The notes: generated by a model from the sequence alone, not told the origin. A DNA stretch of 64,000 nucleotides from Thecamonas trahens ATCC 50062 (GCF_000142905.1 NW_013657654.1:310001-374000); one strand, 5' to 3'; shown: positions 9,332-22,326, counted from the first letter of the stretch. A program made the numbers and translations.

Positions 9332-12190
9332 CTACACTCCATGGCGCGACCGCCAGAATCGGATCGCCGAGGTGACAGCTGTGGAGAGCGCCTGAGCCCG
9401 CTCGCGGAGGGTAGTGCGCTGAGGCTCGTGCGCCGCCCGCGCCGTTGTCGGCATGGTCATGGCAAACTTGACCAGCGCAACAGCGTGGCCTTCGACGTCG
9501 TACGCAGCGTTGGTCTCAGAATCGAGCGCCCGCTTGATGGCCTTGACGTTGGTTCCGACGCCCTGCAGCGCGGCCGTGAACTCGCCCTCGGGCAAGTACC
9601 GCCCGGGATCGCTCAGCACCGCCACAGACTTGCCCAGCTCGTCGGCGAGCGCGTTGAGCGACGCCAGCTGTGATGCTGCCAGCGACGGCGGCGCGGTCGG
9701 CTCGCGCGCCGACGGCCGGCGGCTGGCCGCCGCAGAGCCCGAGAGCCCAGACGCGAGCTCGGCTTCGAGCGCGTTGAGCTCATCCTCGAGCGACATCCCG
9801 CCCGCGCCCCCGCCAGGGCCGGACGCTGTCGCCGAGTACACCGGCGCCGACGCCTGCCGATGCGACGGGATTACCGGCGCAACAGGCGGAAGTCCCGCCC
9901 CCGCCGACGCCGCAACCGGGTAGCCTGCAATTGATGCCCGCGAGCCAGCCGTCCCACCTCCGCCCCCGCCGGCGGCCAGCTTGATGTTGGCCTGCTGGAG
10001 CTCTGCCCGCAGCGAGTCGACCTCGCGGTTCTTGGCCTCGGCCAGCTTCAACCGTCGCGTCAGGTCCTGCGCAATGGCAGCCAGCCGCCGCGTCTCGTCC
10101 TTGGCCTTGGCCACCGCCGCCGAGTTGGCAGCCGGATCGGCCGCGGGCACCGCATGCGCCGATCGCGCCGCATTGGTCGCGGTCTCCAGCTCCTTCTGGA
10201 GCCGTGTCCGCTCCTGCACCAGGTGGTTGACCTGGAGCTGGAGCGTGTCGGTCTCGGCTAGCTTTGCCCGCGCCCGCTGCAGTTCCAGCCGGGTCTCGAT
10301 CAGCTCCGACTGCGCCGCCTCGACACCCGAGTTGAGCGAGGCCTTGATTGACTGCGCAGACTTGGCCGACTCGTCCTCCAGTCGCGCCACCCGCGCCTTC
10401 AGCGCCGCGTTCGCATCACGCGTCGCCTTCAGCTCGCCCACAGCCTTCTTCAACAGCGAGTTGAGCCGCCGCTCTTCGTTGCGCATGTTGACCTCGTTGG
10501 CCTCGTACTCCGCAACACCAATCTCCAGGTCACGGATCTTGGACTTGAGAGCACGAACCTCGGCCTCGGACGCCGCAAGCGTCTCAGAGACCTCGCTCTT
10601 CTGTTGCCGGATCGATGCAAGCTCTGCAGACAGCTCGCCGCGCTCCGCCAGCGACGAGCTCTCAGACTCGATGATCCGCCCGCGCAGCGTCTTGAGCTCA
10701 GCCTCCTTGACCGACAGCTTCTCGTCGAGTTCGACCCGCTCACGCTCCAGCTTCTTGGCCTTGGCCTGCACGTCGACCACAAGGTCATCCAGCCGGGCCG
10801 AGTGCTTCACCAGTCCGTCGTACGACCGCCTCAGCTCGCGGAACCGCTTGCCGTCCTCATCCATCATGATTCGCAGCCGGTCGACCTCGGCCATCACCGC
10901 CTTTTTGCCGATCCCACCCATTGTCGTCCGCGTCGCCGCTCGCACATCCAGTCGCGCCTGGTCGCTCGCGCTTACCACCTGGCTCGGCGCCGCGCTTTCC
11001 TTCGCAGCCGCCACGTCCGCACGGGGTTCGTCCTTGGAGTTGGCCGGCACAGGCTTGGTTGCCTTGGCCGGCGCGGGCTTGGCGGCTTTGGCCGGCGTGG
11101 GCTTGGCGGCCTTGGCCGGCGTAGGCTCGCTTGCCGCCTCAGCTGCCGGCTCCGGCGGTGCCGCAGCCTCCCGCTCCGGATCAGCCAGTACGGCCGGCAG
11201 AGCCGGCGGCGGACCGACGAGCACATCCGGCTCGGCCGTCACCGCCAGCGCCTCGGACACAATCTTTTCGACCTCGTCTAGCACTGGCTGCGAGGCCGTA
11301 GTGCCGTCGGCCTCACCGGTCACCGGCATGGAAGGCGAGCCGTTGCCCTCCTTGAGAACGAGGAAAATCTTGACGTAGTTGTGCGGAAAGATGCCAATCA
11401 TGCCGTTGCAGTTGCCCTCCCACCAGCCATCGTCGTCCTTGTGAATGACAAAGAGAAAGGCCTCGGCATCAAACGAGAGTTCGCCCTCGTACTGAGCCGC
11501 GTACGGAAACTGCGCCTGCGCCACCGCAATGTACTCAAAAGGACCGGCCAGCGGCGGTTCGAAAAACGTCTCGTTACCGATCTCGATCAGGTCCGACGTG
11601 ATCTGGTTAATGTGCGGAGTGTACTGGACCGTGGCCATCATCGACGCCCCGGGCGCCCGCAGGATGTTGGGCCCAATCACCGTCGCCAGGTTCGCCACGC
11701 CCATCTTGTTCACCGCCGAAAACTGCTGAACCCGGAAGAGAAACGCACACAAGTGCCGCAGCAAGTCGCGGTGTGGCTTGGGCAGCGCCGCATACAGCGC
11801 ACGGTACAGGTCGCGCCGCGTCGCCAGAGAGTCTGCCGCCCCGGCCGCGATCCACCCATGGAAGAGCGAGAACGTCAGCAGCGGCTCGGTGAGCTCACGG
11901 AGATACAGCTTGAAGAGCCCCGCCACAACATGCGGATCGTTGGTCTCAAACAAGTCCGGATCTCCACCCGAGTCGTACTCGGCCCTGAGCGCGTTGATCT
12001 TGGACTGGGCGCCCGAGAGGCGAAACACACCCTCTGCCTCGAGCCCTTCAGCATCCAAGAACTCGATGCAGCGATCAACCACCGCCGGCAGCTCATAAGC
12101 AAAACCATCTCTAGCCAGACCCTCTTCCAGACTCACACCAAACAGCTTTGTCCCAGCCGCAGCCACCGGTCCATCACCAGTAGATGACAT
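9332..12190 (-). CDS. RhoGAP-SH3-coiled-coil protein with a C-terminal helical bundle
   Basis: RhoGAP: LFGVSLEE, EGVFRLSG, LFKLYLRELTEPL, NKMGVANLATVIGPNIL. SH3: AQAQFPYAAQYEGELSF...DDGWWEG...GIFPHNYV. Long heptad region follows. Start placed at MSSTGDG (ATG 12190). Confidence 0.92.
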   Translation of the reverse strand: MSSTGDGPVAAAGTKLFGVSLEEGLARDGFAYELPAVVDRCIEFLDAEGLEAEGVFRLSGAQSKINALRAEYDSGGDPDLFETNDPHVVAGLFKLYLRELTEPLLTFSLFHGWIAAGAADSLATRRDLYRALYAALPKPHRDLLRHLCAFLFRVQQFSAVNKMGVANLATVIGPNILRAPGASMMATVQYTPHINQITSDLIEIGNETFFEPPLAGPFEYIAVAQAQFPYAAQYEGELSFDAEAFLFVIHKDDDGWWEGNCNGMIGIFPHNYVKIFLVLKEGNGSPSMPVTGEADGTTASQPVLDEVEKIVSEALAVTAEPDVLVGPPPALPAVLADPEREAAAPPEPAAEAASEPTPAKAAKPTPAKAAKPAPAKATKPVPANSKDEPRADVAAAKESAAPSQVVSASDQARLDVRAATRTTMGGIGKKAVMAEVDRLRIMMDEDGKRFRELRRSYDGLVKHSARLDDLVVDVQAKAKKLERERVELDEKLSVKEAELKTLRGRIIESESSSLAERGELSAELASIRQQKSEVSETLAASEAEVRALKSKIRDLEIGVAEYEANEVNMRNEERRLNSLLKKAVGELKATRDANAALKARVARLEDESAKSAQSIKASLNSGVEAAQSELIETRLELQRARAKLAETDTLQLQVNHLVQERTRLQKELETATNAARSAHAVPAADPAANSAAVAKAKDETRRLAAIAQDLTRRLKLAEAKNREVDSLRAELQQANIKLAAGGGGGGTAGSRASIAGYPVAASAGAGLPPVAPVIPSHRQASAPVYSATASGPGGGAGGMSLEDELNALEAELASGLSGSAAASRRPSAREPTAPPSLAASQLASLNALADELGKSVAVLSDPGRYLPEGEFTAALQGVGTNVKAIKRALDSETNAAYDVEGHAVALVKFAMTMPTTARAAHEPQRTTLRERAQALSTAVTSAIRFWRSRHGV

Positions 12191-13372
12191 ACGGATGGAA
12201 TCAGGGCGTCTCCCGTTTTGGCTCAAAAGGAGGCGTGTGTGTGTGTGTGTGGCCTGCGCAGCACCACCACCACCACCACCACCAGCAGCAGCAGCAGCAG
12301 CAGCAGCAGACGAACGAACGAGTTCAGTGTCGAACAGGGGAGAGGCCATTCGAGCATATGCATACACGGAGCATGTCAAGTAGTACATGTATGATGTGAG
12401 TAGGAACGGTGTGGACGGTGGGAGGAGGAGGAGGAGGAGGAGGAGGAGGAGGAGGGAGAGGCCAAGTTGGCGACACCTGCGTTTCCCTCGAATTGTCGCT
12501 TCCGGCCCGCCACAGCCATAGACAACTTGACCTCTACATGCAACACCCAAGCAGAACAACCTTCCACAACACAACATACATAGTTGCAAACGCAACAAAT
12601 ACCATCTCTTCAATTATGGTCCTCACCACTACAACCATGACCACGCTAGAGTTCTACAACCACCTCCCCCCCTCCCCTTCCCTTCCCTTCCACCGACCCA
12701 GTCCCTTCGAGTAACAATGGATGAGACCATGTTTTATCAATGTTTTTCAATGGCCAAACATACCGTCAGTGCGTCACGTGGTGCGGTGCCATTCCTCGTG
12801 TGCCCAAATTGTCATGCCATTCCTGTTGAGCGGCAGATGGAAGCGGACGAGAGCGGCGGCAAATCATACAAGCACTCATGTTAGCGCTGCCGAGAATGGT
12901 GTCGAGGTCGAAGCGGCCGACGCGTACTGCCGTGGTCGTGTCGTGCTGACAGATGTAGCGCAGTGCCCAGCTCGCCTGATGCCTGAGGGGGATGATGGGA
13001 TAATCTGATCGTGAGAGTCTGGAGGCGTTTGTGGAGGCGAAATGCGTCGTAGCTGTCTATAAGTGCGACGAGGCAGTCGTAGCCATTGTTGTCCGAGGAC
13101 GCCAAGCCCACATCGAGGCAGACACCCCGCGAGGTGTCACATCCGTCACCGTTCCTCGAGTGCGGCGGCCAAACGGCTTTTGCGGCGAAAATTTTGAATG
13201 TTTTGCGCGGCGCGCTCTTAAGCCGCTCTCAACGACCATAACGGCCTGACTGACCGCACACCTCACCCACATCTTCCCCCCCACCCCACCCCCCCCTTCC
13301 CCCTTTCTCCCTTTCTCCCTTCCCCTCTCCCCCAGTGCTGTGAGTGGTATCTGTTGAAACACAAAGGAGAAG

Positions 13373-16300
13373 ATGTCAGGTGATGATGATGCTCTCAAGA
13401 TGCTAGAGGCTTTGACTATGGACGACTCCGAGTCTGACGACGGTCCGCCTGTATCTTTGGCTACAACCACAACGTCGACCGAGGCAAGTGCAAGACGCCC
13501 ACCTCCTCCGTCGAGCTCTCCACCACCGCGGGTCACAGAGACCCGTGACCCGCTCGAGACTGCTGCTCTCAACTCGCGTATCTCGCAGTTGGAGCGTGAC
13601 CTGGCAAGCGCCAAGCGCCGCGGACGTGACGCCGAGAGCACCGCCGACAAGCTCCGACGGGAGCTTGATGCTGCGCGGCGGCGCATTCGTGAGGCCGAGG
13701 ATGAGACGGCTCGAGCTCGCGACGAAGCCTCTGTCCTCCGCGACCAGCTGGCAACGGCAAGCGCAAACTCGGCGGCGGCGTCGAGCTCGGCGGCGGACAC
13801 GCTGCGGGCACGGCGGGATGCGCTCGAGCGCGAGTTCCGCGAGAAAATCGACCGCCACCGCGACGAGGCGACGCGCGCGGCTGAGGCCCGCGCTCTGGCA
13901 CTCCGCTCGGAGCTGGAGCGCGAGGCTTCGGCTCGGCGCGAGAAGCTCGAGCGGGATGCCCGCGAGATGCTGGCGCGGCACATGGAGGAAGCCGAGCGTG
14001 AGCTGAGCGCCCGGCGTGAGGCCATGGAGCGCGAGCATGACGAACGGATCCGCGACGCCATGGACCGCATATCGTCGGAGCGCCGCGAGCTGCGGGTCAG
14101 CTACGAGCGCAAGTCGGAGACACTCCGGGTTGAGGCCATCAAGCACAAGTCGGCCCTCGATGCGCGGATCGAGGAGCTCGAGGACGCGCTGCGCGAGGCA
14201 AACGCCCAGCTCGCTGACACCAAGTACGCCATCGAGCGCGAGGTCAAGGCCAAGCACGCCGCAACTATGGCGGCCATGCAGCGTAAGTTTGAGGACGAGC
14301 GGGCCTCGCTAGTGCGCGAGAACGAGGCTACGGTGGACAAGTACGAGGATGCCCTGGCGGCGCTCCGCCAGCAGCACGCGCTGGCGATCAAGGCGCGGTC
14401 AGCCAAGCTTGACGAGCTGGTGGCGACAACGGCCAAGGCCGAGGCCGAACGGGCAGCGCAGTTTGCGGACATGGTGGCACAGATGGAGAGCTCGGTCCAG
14501 GGCCAGCTCGGCGTGCTCAAGCGCGAGCTGGCGCAGTCTCAGGACGCCAACGCCAAGCTCGCCGAAGAGCTGCAGGCTGCGACGGTGGCGCTCGCCGAGT
14601 CTGAGCAAGCGCTGACCAAACAGACGTCGCTGCTCAAGAGCCAGGCGGCGCGCGATGCCGCCGAGCTTACTGCCAAGCTCAACGACGAGATTGTGCAGCT
14701 CCAGGTCCAGCTGTCCGAAATGACAGACACTGTTGCGGAACTCGAGCGCGACAAGGCTGTAGAGGCGCAAAAGGTCCAGAAGGAGATTGAGCTGGCGATG
14801 AAGACCAAGTACCAAAACATCCAGGCCGAGTTTGAGGAGCGGTTCCTCGCCGAGCAAGAGGCCCGGATCCGGCAGCAGGAGGAGATTCTCCTGGCACGCG
14901 AGGCCGAACTTGAGGCGCGCGAGGCCGACATGCTCGACAACTTCCGCAAGCAACGTGACGAGAACGAGGCCCAGCTCCAGCGCAAGGTGGCGACGCTCCA
15001 GAAGGAGCTGCTCGCCAAGCAGGCCAAAATCGAGGAGGAGATGCAGACACGCGACTCGGAGCGCGAGTTTGAGGCGACGTCGCTCAAGGCCGAGCTTCAG
15101 CGGCAGGCGGAGCTGCGCATTGTCGAGCTCGACAACAAGGCTGAGGAGCTGCGGCTGGCCAAAATTGCGTTCGAGAAGGACATGCGCGCCAAGTATGAGG
15201 CCGCCAAGGCCGCCGACGAGGCCCACCTCGAGAAGCGCCGGCGCGAGCTCGACGCGCACAGCGAGGAGATGCAAGCCCGGCTTGACAGTCAAGCTGAGGC
15301 GCTGCGCAACAAGGAGTCGGCGCTGTGGGACGCGCTCGCCGAGCGCGAGACTGCAGCACAGGCCGAGCGCGAGGAGATGCAGGCTGCGCTGTCGGCCAAG
15401 CACGCGGCGCTTCAGGCGGAGCTGCTTGACAAGGCGGCGGCCCGTGAAAAGGCGCTGCTGGCACGCGAGAAACAGCTTGCCACTGACTTTTCCCGCAAGG
15501 AGAAGGACCTTGCACTTCAGACAGAGGCGCTTCGGTCGCAGCTGCTCGAGGAGCATCGGGCACTGATGGACGAGACAGCCGCGTCTGCGGCTACTGTCGA
15601 GGACGAAAAGGCCGAGTACATGACCAAGCTCCAGCTTGCGTACGACGAGCAACTTGCTGCCCTGCAGACACGCGAGCGCAAGCTCAACGACGCGCTCAAC
15701 GGTACCAAACAGTCGATTGCCGAGCAGCTGGCTGCAAACGAGGCGGCGCGACTCGAGGCTGAGCACGCGATGATCGACAAGCTACAGGCGATGGCCGACG
15801 AGCACGCGGCACGGGTGGCAGAGCACAACCGCGCCCGGTCAGTTAAGGAGCAGGCGCTACTCTCCAAGCGACAGGAGGTGGCGACGCTGCTGGCTACCAA
15901 GGAGGCCGAGCTGGAGGCGGCGGCGTCTGAGGCACTTGCAGCCCGCGAGGCAGCGCTCGAGGCAACGTACAACGAGCGGGTGGTGGCGCTCAAGCAGCGC
16001 GCGGCATCCGATGCTGCGGCGCTGGAGGAGGCCAAGGCCAAGTTTACCAAGCATCGAGCTGAGGTTGAGGCTGAGGCCAGTGAGACGCTGGCCAAGCGGC
16101 TGGCAGCGCTTGAGGCCGAGTACATGGACAAGGTGGCGGCACTTGACTCGCGCGAGGCCGACATCTTGATCAAGGCACAGGCGCTGGTTGACAACGCACA
16201 CAACGAGCTCCGAGAGGCCGCAGTCAAGCGCGAGAACGAGTACGCCGCAGCACAGCAGGCTGCAACCAAGCGCGAGCTTGACCGTCAGGCTGCGTTTGCG

Positions 16301-19300
16301 GCCAAGTCAGCGGCGGCGCAGGCCGAGATGGATGGCATTCTTGATGCTCTCAAGTCGCAGCTTGCGGTGTCACAGGAGCGGCAGGCCGAGCTGGCCAACC
16401 AGCTCTCGGCACTCAACGCGGCTGTGGAGGAGGAGAAGGCACGCGGCCGGTCTGCTATTGCAGACCTCACCATTGCTCACGAGGAGCAGCTGTCGGAGAT
16501 GCGTGCGGAACACAACCGGGCGCTTGCCTCCAAGGACGTTGACATGGCTGCCGTGGCTGCCAAGCTCGAGAGCTACAAGCGCGAGGCTGCATCCAAGATG
16601 GAGTTGGAGCGCGGCGAGCTCGAAGCGCGGCTGCGGGCAGAGCTCGAGGGTGAAAAGCCGAGTACGAGGCGTCGATGGTGGCGGCGTTGGAGGCGTCACG
16701 GGCCAAACAGAACGCGGTGCTTGACGAGCGCGAGGCGGCGATCAAGGTCGCCGAGCGTGCGGTCCAGTCAACACTGGAGGAGGCTCGGTTGGAGCTGGAG
16801 GCCAAGACGCACGTCATCCGGACCGAGCTCGAGGCCGAGGCAGCAGCCAAGCTCGACGCGCTGGTCAACGAGTACTCTGCCAAGAGGCTGGAGGCTGACG
16901 CCGAGCTGGCGGCCGCCAAGCGGGACGTTGCGGCGCGTGCCGAGGCGGCTCGTGCAGACCTCGAGGAGGAGCGGGCAGCGCTTCGGCGGCAGCATGCTGA
17001 GGCAATGGAAGCTGTGGAGGCGCGACGCAACGAGATATATGACCACATGCAGGCGCAGATTCGCCAGCTGGAAGAGTCAAAGGAGGCGTTCCGCGCCAAG
17101 GTCCATCGTGAGCTCGAGGACGAGCGGCTGAAGGACGCACAGACGCTGGCCGAGGCCAAGGCCAAGCTCTCCGAGATGGAGGAGGAGGCTCTGGCCAAGG
17201 CGGCGACGGCGCGGGCGTTGCTTGCCGAGAAGGAGCGGGGGCTCGAGGTCCGCGAGTCCGAGCTCAAGTCTGCGATGGCGGCCAAGCTTGCCGAGGCGCG
17301 AGCTGCGGATGAGGCTGAGCTTGCGGCGCTCCGTGCTGCGCTGGCCGAGAAGGAGGCTGCGCTTGACGCGCGCAAGACCGAGGTTGAGGCCGAGCTCAAG
17401 GCTGCGCTTGCGGCTAGCGAGTCGGACAAGGCTGCGTTCAAGCAGGCGGTGTACAAGCAGCTTGCGGAAGAGCGTGCAGCCGACAAGGCTGCGGCCGAGG
17501 CAGCAGCGGTTGCCCTTGCCGAGACTGAAAAGGCAATGTACGAGCGGGCGTCGGCACTGGCGGCAGAGGCCAAGGCTGCGCGCGCCAAGGCCGAGGCTGA
17601 CCGCCAGGCTGCACTTGCACGACTCGAGTCCGAGTTCGAAAAGCGGACGATGGAGCTCGACGCCGACCGCAACGCGTTTGAGAGCGAGCTCCGCGAGAAG
17701 CAGGAGGCGTTCCGGGTTGAAATGGCCGAGGCGGCACGCAAGAAGGATGCCGAGCTTGCGGCAGCCAAGAAGGAGCTGTACGAGCGGGAGCAGCAGCTCG
17801 CGCTCGAGGCTGCACACCAGCGCGCCGACCTTGACCGCGCGTTTGAGGCCAAGGAGCGCGAGCTCCGTGGTGAACTTGTGGCGCGCAAGCAGGAGCTCGA
17901 GATCGAGTCTGCGCGGCAGCGTGCCGAGATGGAGGATGCTGTCGAGGCTGCGCTTGCCCGCGAGCGTGAGGTCAAGGCCGAGGCGGCCGCCAAGGTGGAA
18001 AAGATGGAGAACGCTCGGCTGCGGCAGGCTAAGGTTGATGCCGAGGAGCGGGCCAACTTTGAGCGGCAGCTGGTGGCCAAGTATGAGACGCTTTCGGCGA
18101 CGCTGCGCGAGAAGGCGGCGCAGAAGGAGCAAGAGGCCAAGCTCGCGGCCGAGCGTGCGGCGGCCGAGGCCCGGGCTCGGATGGACGAGCTCGAGCAGGC
18201 GTTTGCGCTGAAGGAGGAAGCACTCAACGACCGGCGTTCCGAGCTGGAGCAGGAGAAGCGCGCTTACGAGGCCGAGCTGCACGCAGCACATAGGGCCAAG
18301 CTTGCCGATCTTGACGAGAAGGCACATCGTCTTGTCGCCGAGCAGGCGAAGTTTGAGAAGGAGGTCAACGCAAAGGCTGATGCTCAGATTGCGGCGCGGA
18401 ACGCCGAGCTCGAGGAGGCTGCAGAGGCAATGGAGACCAAGGCACGGCGGGCGCGGCAGGAGATAGAGGCACGCGAGCGTGCGGTGAGCACCAAGCTCGC
18501 CGAGGCTGAAGCGGCGCTGATGGCCAAGTACGAGGATAAGCTGCGCGAGGTGAAGAAGTTCTCTGCTGAGCGCGAGGGCAAGCTCGAGGAGCGTCAGGCC
18601 GCGTTCATGGCTGCGTTTGAGGAGACCAAGGCGCAGCAGTCCGCGGCGCTGGAGGCGCGCCGGAACGAGCTCTCGCAGCGTGAGGAGGCGATGCGAGCGA
18701 ATGTTCAGGCGCAGCTCGACGCGCTTGCGGCCAAGCGGGCTGCAGACGAGGCCGAGCGATCTGCGTTTGTGGTCAAGATGCTCGAGGAGCGCAAGGACGC
18801 CGAGGCTGCGGCGAACGCGGCTGCGCTTGCTGCGGAGGCCAAGATGCAGGCCAACTTTGAGTCGCTGATGCGGCAGGTTGCGTCTGAGAAGGCGGCGAAC
18901 GAGAGCAAGCTCCGTGAGGAGCGTGCAGCCGCTGCTGCCGAGAGTGATGCGCGGCGCGCCGAGGTCGAGGAACTGCGTCGCGAGATGTTGACCGAGGCTG
19001 CGGCCCGCGAGAGCGAGATGCGCGCCGAGATCGAGGCTGCGAAGCGTGCCGACGAGGCTGAGGCTGAGGCGAAGCGCAAGGAGCTTGCGCGTGCCGAGAA
19101 GGAGCTTTACCAGGAGTTCCTTGCGCGAGCTGAAGCGCATAAGAAGGAGGTGTACCGCGAAGCCCGCGAGTTCTTGGAGGCCAAGCGTCGCGAGCTGGCG
19201 ACGACGACCGAGGAACAGCTCAAGGTTGTGGACGAGATCATGCGCGAGCGGACGGAGTACGAGGCCGAGGTCCAGGCTGCACTTCACGAGCTGCGAATGA

Positions 19301-21606
19301 CGAACCGCGAGTTGGAGGACAAGGTGAGCGTAATGATCAAGGAGAAGGAAGCAATGGCAACCCGGACGGTTGCGACCAAGGCGGCACATGCCAAGGAGAT
19401 GCGCGACATGGAAGCAGCGGCGACCAAGGCACGCAACGAGCTCAAAGCCCAGTTTTCGTCTGAGATCAACGACAAGATGGCTGCAATTTCGCGGCTGACA
19501 ACGGAGCTTGCTGATACGGAGCGGGCCAGTCGGCTTGAGCTGGAAAAGGCACGAAACGAGATCGAGGCTGAGATGAAGGCCGAGTACGAAGGCGTGCAGA
19601 AGAAGCAGGAGGCTGCGATTCTCGCGCTTGCCGAGGACGCGCGGCAGAAGGCACGTGAGGAGGCGATCGAGCAGCGGGCCGAGTGGGAGCAGGAGCTCCA
19701 CGAGCACTACTCGCGTGCGCAGGCCGAGGCGGAGCGGCGGTGGCAGGGCGAGTACGACAAGCTTGTGCGGACAGAGAAGGAGAAGCTCCGCGAGATGCGG
19801 GACGAGCTGAACCGGACGGCACAGGCTAACGTGCAGCGGGTGCTAGGCCAGTGGCGCGAGGCTGAGGAGAAGGCGAGCAAGGAGCGGCTGCAGTTTGAGA
19901 AGGAAATTCAGGCCAAGTACGAGTCTGTGATGGCAGACTACTCTGCCAAGATTGCGCGGTTGGAGCGCGAGAAGGAGGCGATCGAGGCGCACAAGTGGGA
20001 GGCGCTCGAGGCGGCGTCCAAGGAGCGCGACGCGTACGAGGCTGAGCAGCGGGCCAAGTTTGAGGCTGCTGCGGAGGAGCAGCGACGGTCGTTTGTGCAG
20101 GCAAAGCAAGAGCTGGAGCGGCACTACCGGACGGAGATGGAGGACCGCGACTCGCGGCTGCTCGACGCGGCCAAACAGGACCAGGCGGACCGGGCCAAGT
20201 ACGAGGAGCAGCTACGGGCCAAGTTCCAGGTTGTGGTTGAGCAGAGTCAGGCCGAGCTCAAGGCGCAGCAGGAGCGGTGGCTCAAGCGCGACATGGAGGA
20301 GATGGAGCGGCGGGCCGGGATGGAGATGGAGCGGATGCGGATGCTTGCCGAGATGGAGGACAAGGCGGAGACGGAGGCGCGGATGCGGTATGCGACGCTC
20401 ATGTCCGAGCTGGAATCGTCGTGGCGGGCCGAGGCAGCGAGCCGTGAGGCCAAAATCGAGGCACGGCTGACGGCGCACTACGACGAGCTTCTGCGGGCCA
20501 AGAGCGAGCAGCTCGAGCTTGCGCTTGCGGTCAACTCTGAGCTTGAGGAGAACGAGAAGACGCGCTGGGCCGATGCGCTCGAGGAGCTGAAGCGGAAGCA
20601 TCTCAACACCATGTCGAGCTACGAGGAGAAGCTTCGCGCCAAGTATGAGGCGATGATGGAGCAGTACGACAAGCTGTACCACAAGCAGGTTGCCGACGTC
20701 GAGGCTAAGTCACTGTCTGTGGCGTCGGATGCCAACGCGTCTGCGCGTGCATCGCAGGCGCAGCTGCGTAAGTTCAAGATTGCGTTTGGCAAGTGGAAGT
20801 TTGACTACCAGCTCGAGCTGCAGAGCAAGTACGAGAAGGTCATTTCGGAGCTGCAGGACCGGTACCTTCACGAGGTCGAGGCGCGTGCGCACGAGGCGTC
20901 GTCGTTCCAAGAGGCGGCGAATCTGTCGTCGCTTGCGGCGTCGGAGCGGTCGCTCGGCGTGAGCCGGTCTGCGGCGGCGTCAATGGCGGCGTCCAAGGAG
21001 GCAGCGTCGCACGCGGAGAGCGCGTCTGCAGAACTTGTGCAGCTGAAGAACCGGGTGCGCGAGCTGTGGAAGGCGCTCGACGAGGATGTCGAGGTGCAGA
21101 ACGGGTTCCTCGCCCGGGCGACCGAGATTGCACCGGACGTGCACGGGCTTGTGCGGCTGTACTCGCGCGAGGCGAACAAGCTGTCCGGCAAGCTGCCTCT
21201 TGTGCAAAAGGCGGCGCGGCGTGAGTTCCTGAGGTACCGGCTGTCAGCGTCGTCGGGCGGACCTGCAGACCGCGGGATGGTCGACGAGATGCAGCAGCTG
21301 ACGGCAGAGCTCTCACGCGAGGTTGCCGGGTGGGAGCGCGAGTGGAACGAGACGTTTGCGTACCGTGGCGAGCCATACGTGCAGCGGATGCGTAACGAGT
21401 CTGCCGGAGGCGAGGTGCCGGTGCGCGAGTCTGCTGTCCGGAGCCACGGGACAGTTAGTGGCGTGGGGACGTCTGTGAGCGGGGCGGCAGGACGGTCGCC
21501 GCTCAAGACGCCCAAGTACCAGTCGCCGTACGTCCGGCGGGCACAGGGGAGCGATGCGGCTCGCGGAGGCGGCGAGGCACTGCGATTCGAGGATCTGCGG
21601 CGCTGA
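13373..21606 (+). CDS. Giant coiled-coil protein (~2,740 aa) with a MAP65/Ase1/PRC1-like C-terminus; single-base frameshift near 16656
   Basis: ORFs 13373-17131 and 16675-21606 have the same E/A/K/R-rich composition and join by adding one base at GAA AAG (G)CC GAG TAC. The C-terminal RELWKAL...WEREWNETFAYRGEPYVQRM resembles the MAP65/Ase1 WExExGxxFxYxG motif. Confidence 0.85.
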
Positions 21607-21633
21607 CGCGCTTTTGGTGTTTGTAAACAGCAG

Positions 21634-22326
21634 TTAGATGCAAGCTGGAGCACGATAGGCGCCAGACTTGCCGCCGTCTTTGGCGAGGAGGCGGGTGTCT
21701 GCGATGACAATGTCGTGGGAGAGAGCCTTGGTCATGTCGTAGACGGTGAGCGCAGCGGCAGATGCACCGGTGAGTGCCTCCATCTCGACGCCTGTCTTCC
21801 CATCTACACGGACAGTGCAGACGATGCGGAGCGCCGAGGCCGGGACGTCGATGCCGATGTCGAGCTCGACGCCCGTGATGGGGAGAGGGTGGCACATGGG
21901 AATGAGATCCGAAGTCCGCTTAACAGCCATGGTACCGGCAATGACAGCAGTAGCAAAGACAGGTCCCTTGGAGAGGGGGCCAGTGGCGTGATCGTTGTCA
22001 GCAGCTGGTTGATCAAGGTTATGATGCGGAGTGTTTGCGAGCAGGGGATTGCGCTTGGGATCGAGGACCGAGTGCGAGAGAACAGCGTCTGGCTCCATCT
22101 CCACCAGAGTCCGAGTCAGATGAGCAGGAAGGAAGACAATGGAATGTGCCGATGCCGACCTTGCCGTCGACTTCTTTCCTCCCACTTCGACCATGGACGG
22201 GAGCGAGGGGTTAGTGGGCGAGATGTGCGAGAGGGAGGAGGAGGAGGAGGAGGAGGAGGAGGAGGATGCGGATGCGGAGACGGGACAACTCATGCGATGA
22301 AGGATACGGAGGGTGCGGGATAGCAT
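21634..22326 (-). CDS. moaC: Cyclic pyranopterin monophosphate synthase MoaC (MOCS1B/Cnx3) with a mitochondrial presequence
   Basis: MVEVGGK, KGPVFATAVIAGTMAVKRTSDLIPMCHPL, GKTGVEMEALTGA, YDMTKA and KDGGKSG motifs. N-terminus MLSRTLRILHR. Confidence 0.95.
   Translation of the reverse strand: MLSRTLRILHRMSCPVSASASSSSSSSSSSSLSHISPTNPSLPSMVEVGGKKSTARSASAHSIVFLPAHLTRTLVEMEPDAVLSHSVLDPKRNPLLANTPHHNLDQPAADNDHATGPLSKGPVFATAVIAGTMAVKRTSDLIPMCHPLPITGVELDIGIDVPASALRIVCTVRVDGKTGVEMEALTGASAAALTVYDMTKALSHDIVIADTRLLAKDGGKSGAYRAPACI

Noticed and set aside
12700-13120. Small gene or ncRNA in the divergent intergenic region
   Set aside because: Short ORFs without motifs and no complete box C/D, H/ACA or tRNA structure found.
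13057-21710. Long antisense and alternate-frame ORFs (e.g. 17077-19707, 16467-18227, 14399-15766)
   Set aside because: Shadow ORFs produced by high GC3 and E/A/K/R codon bias. No recognisable motifs.
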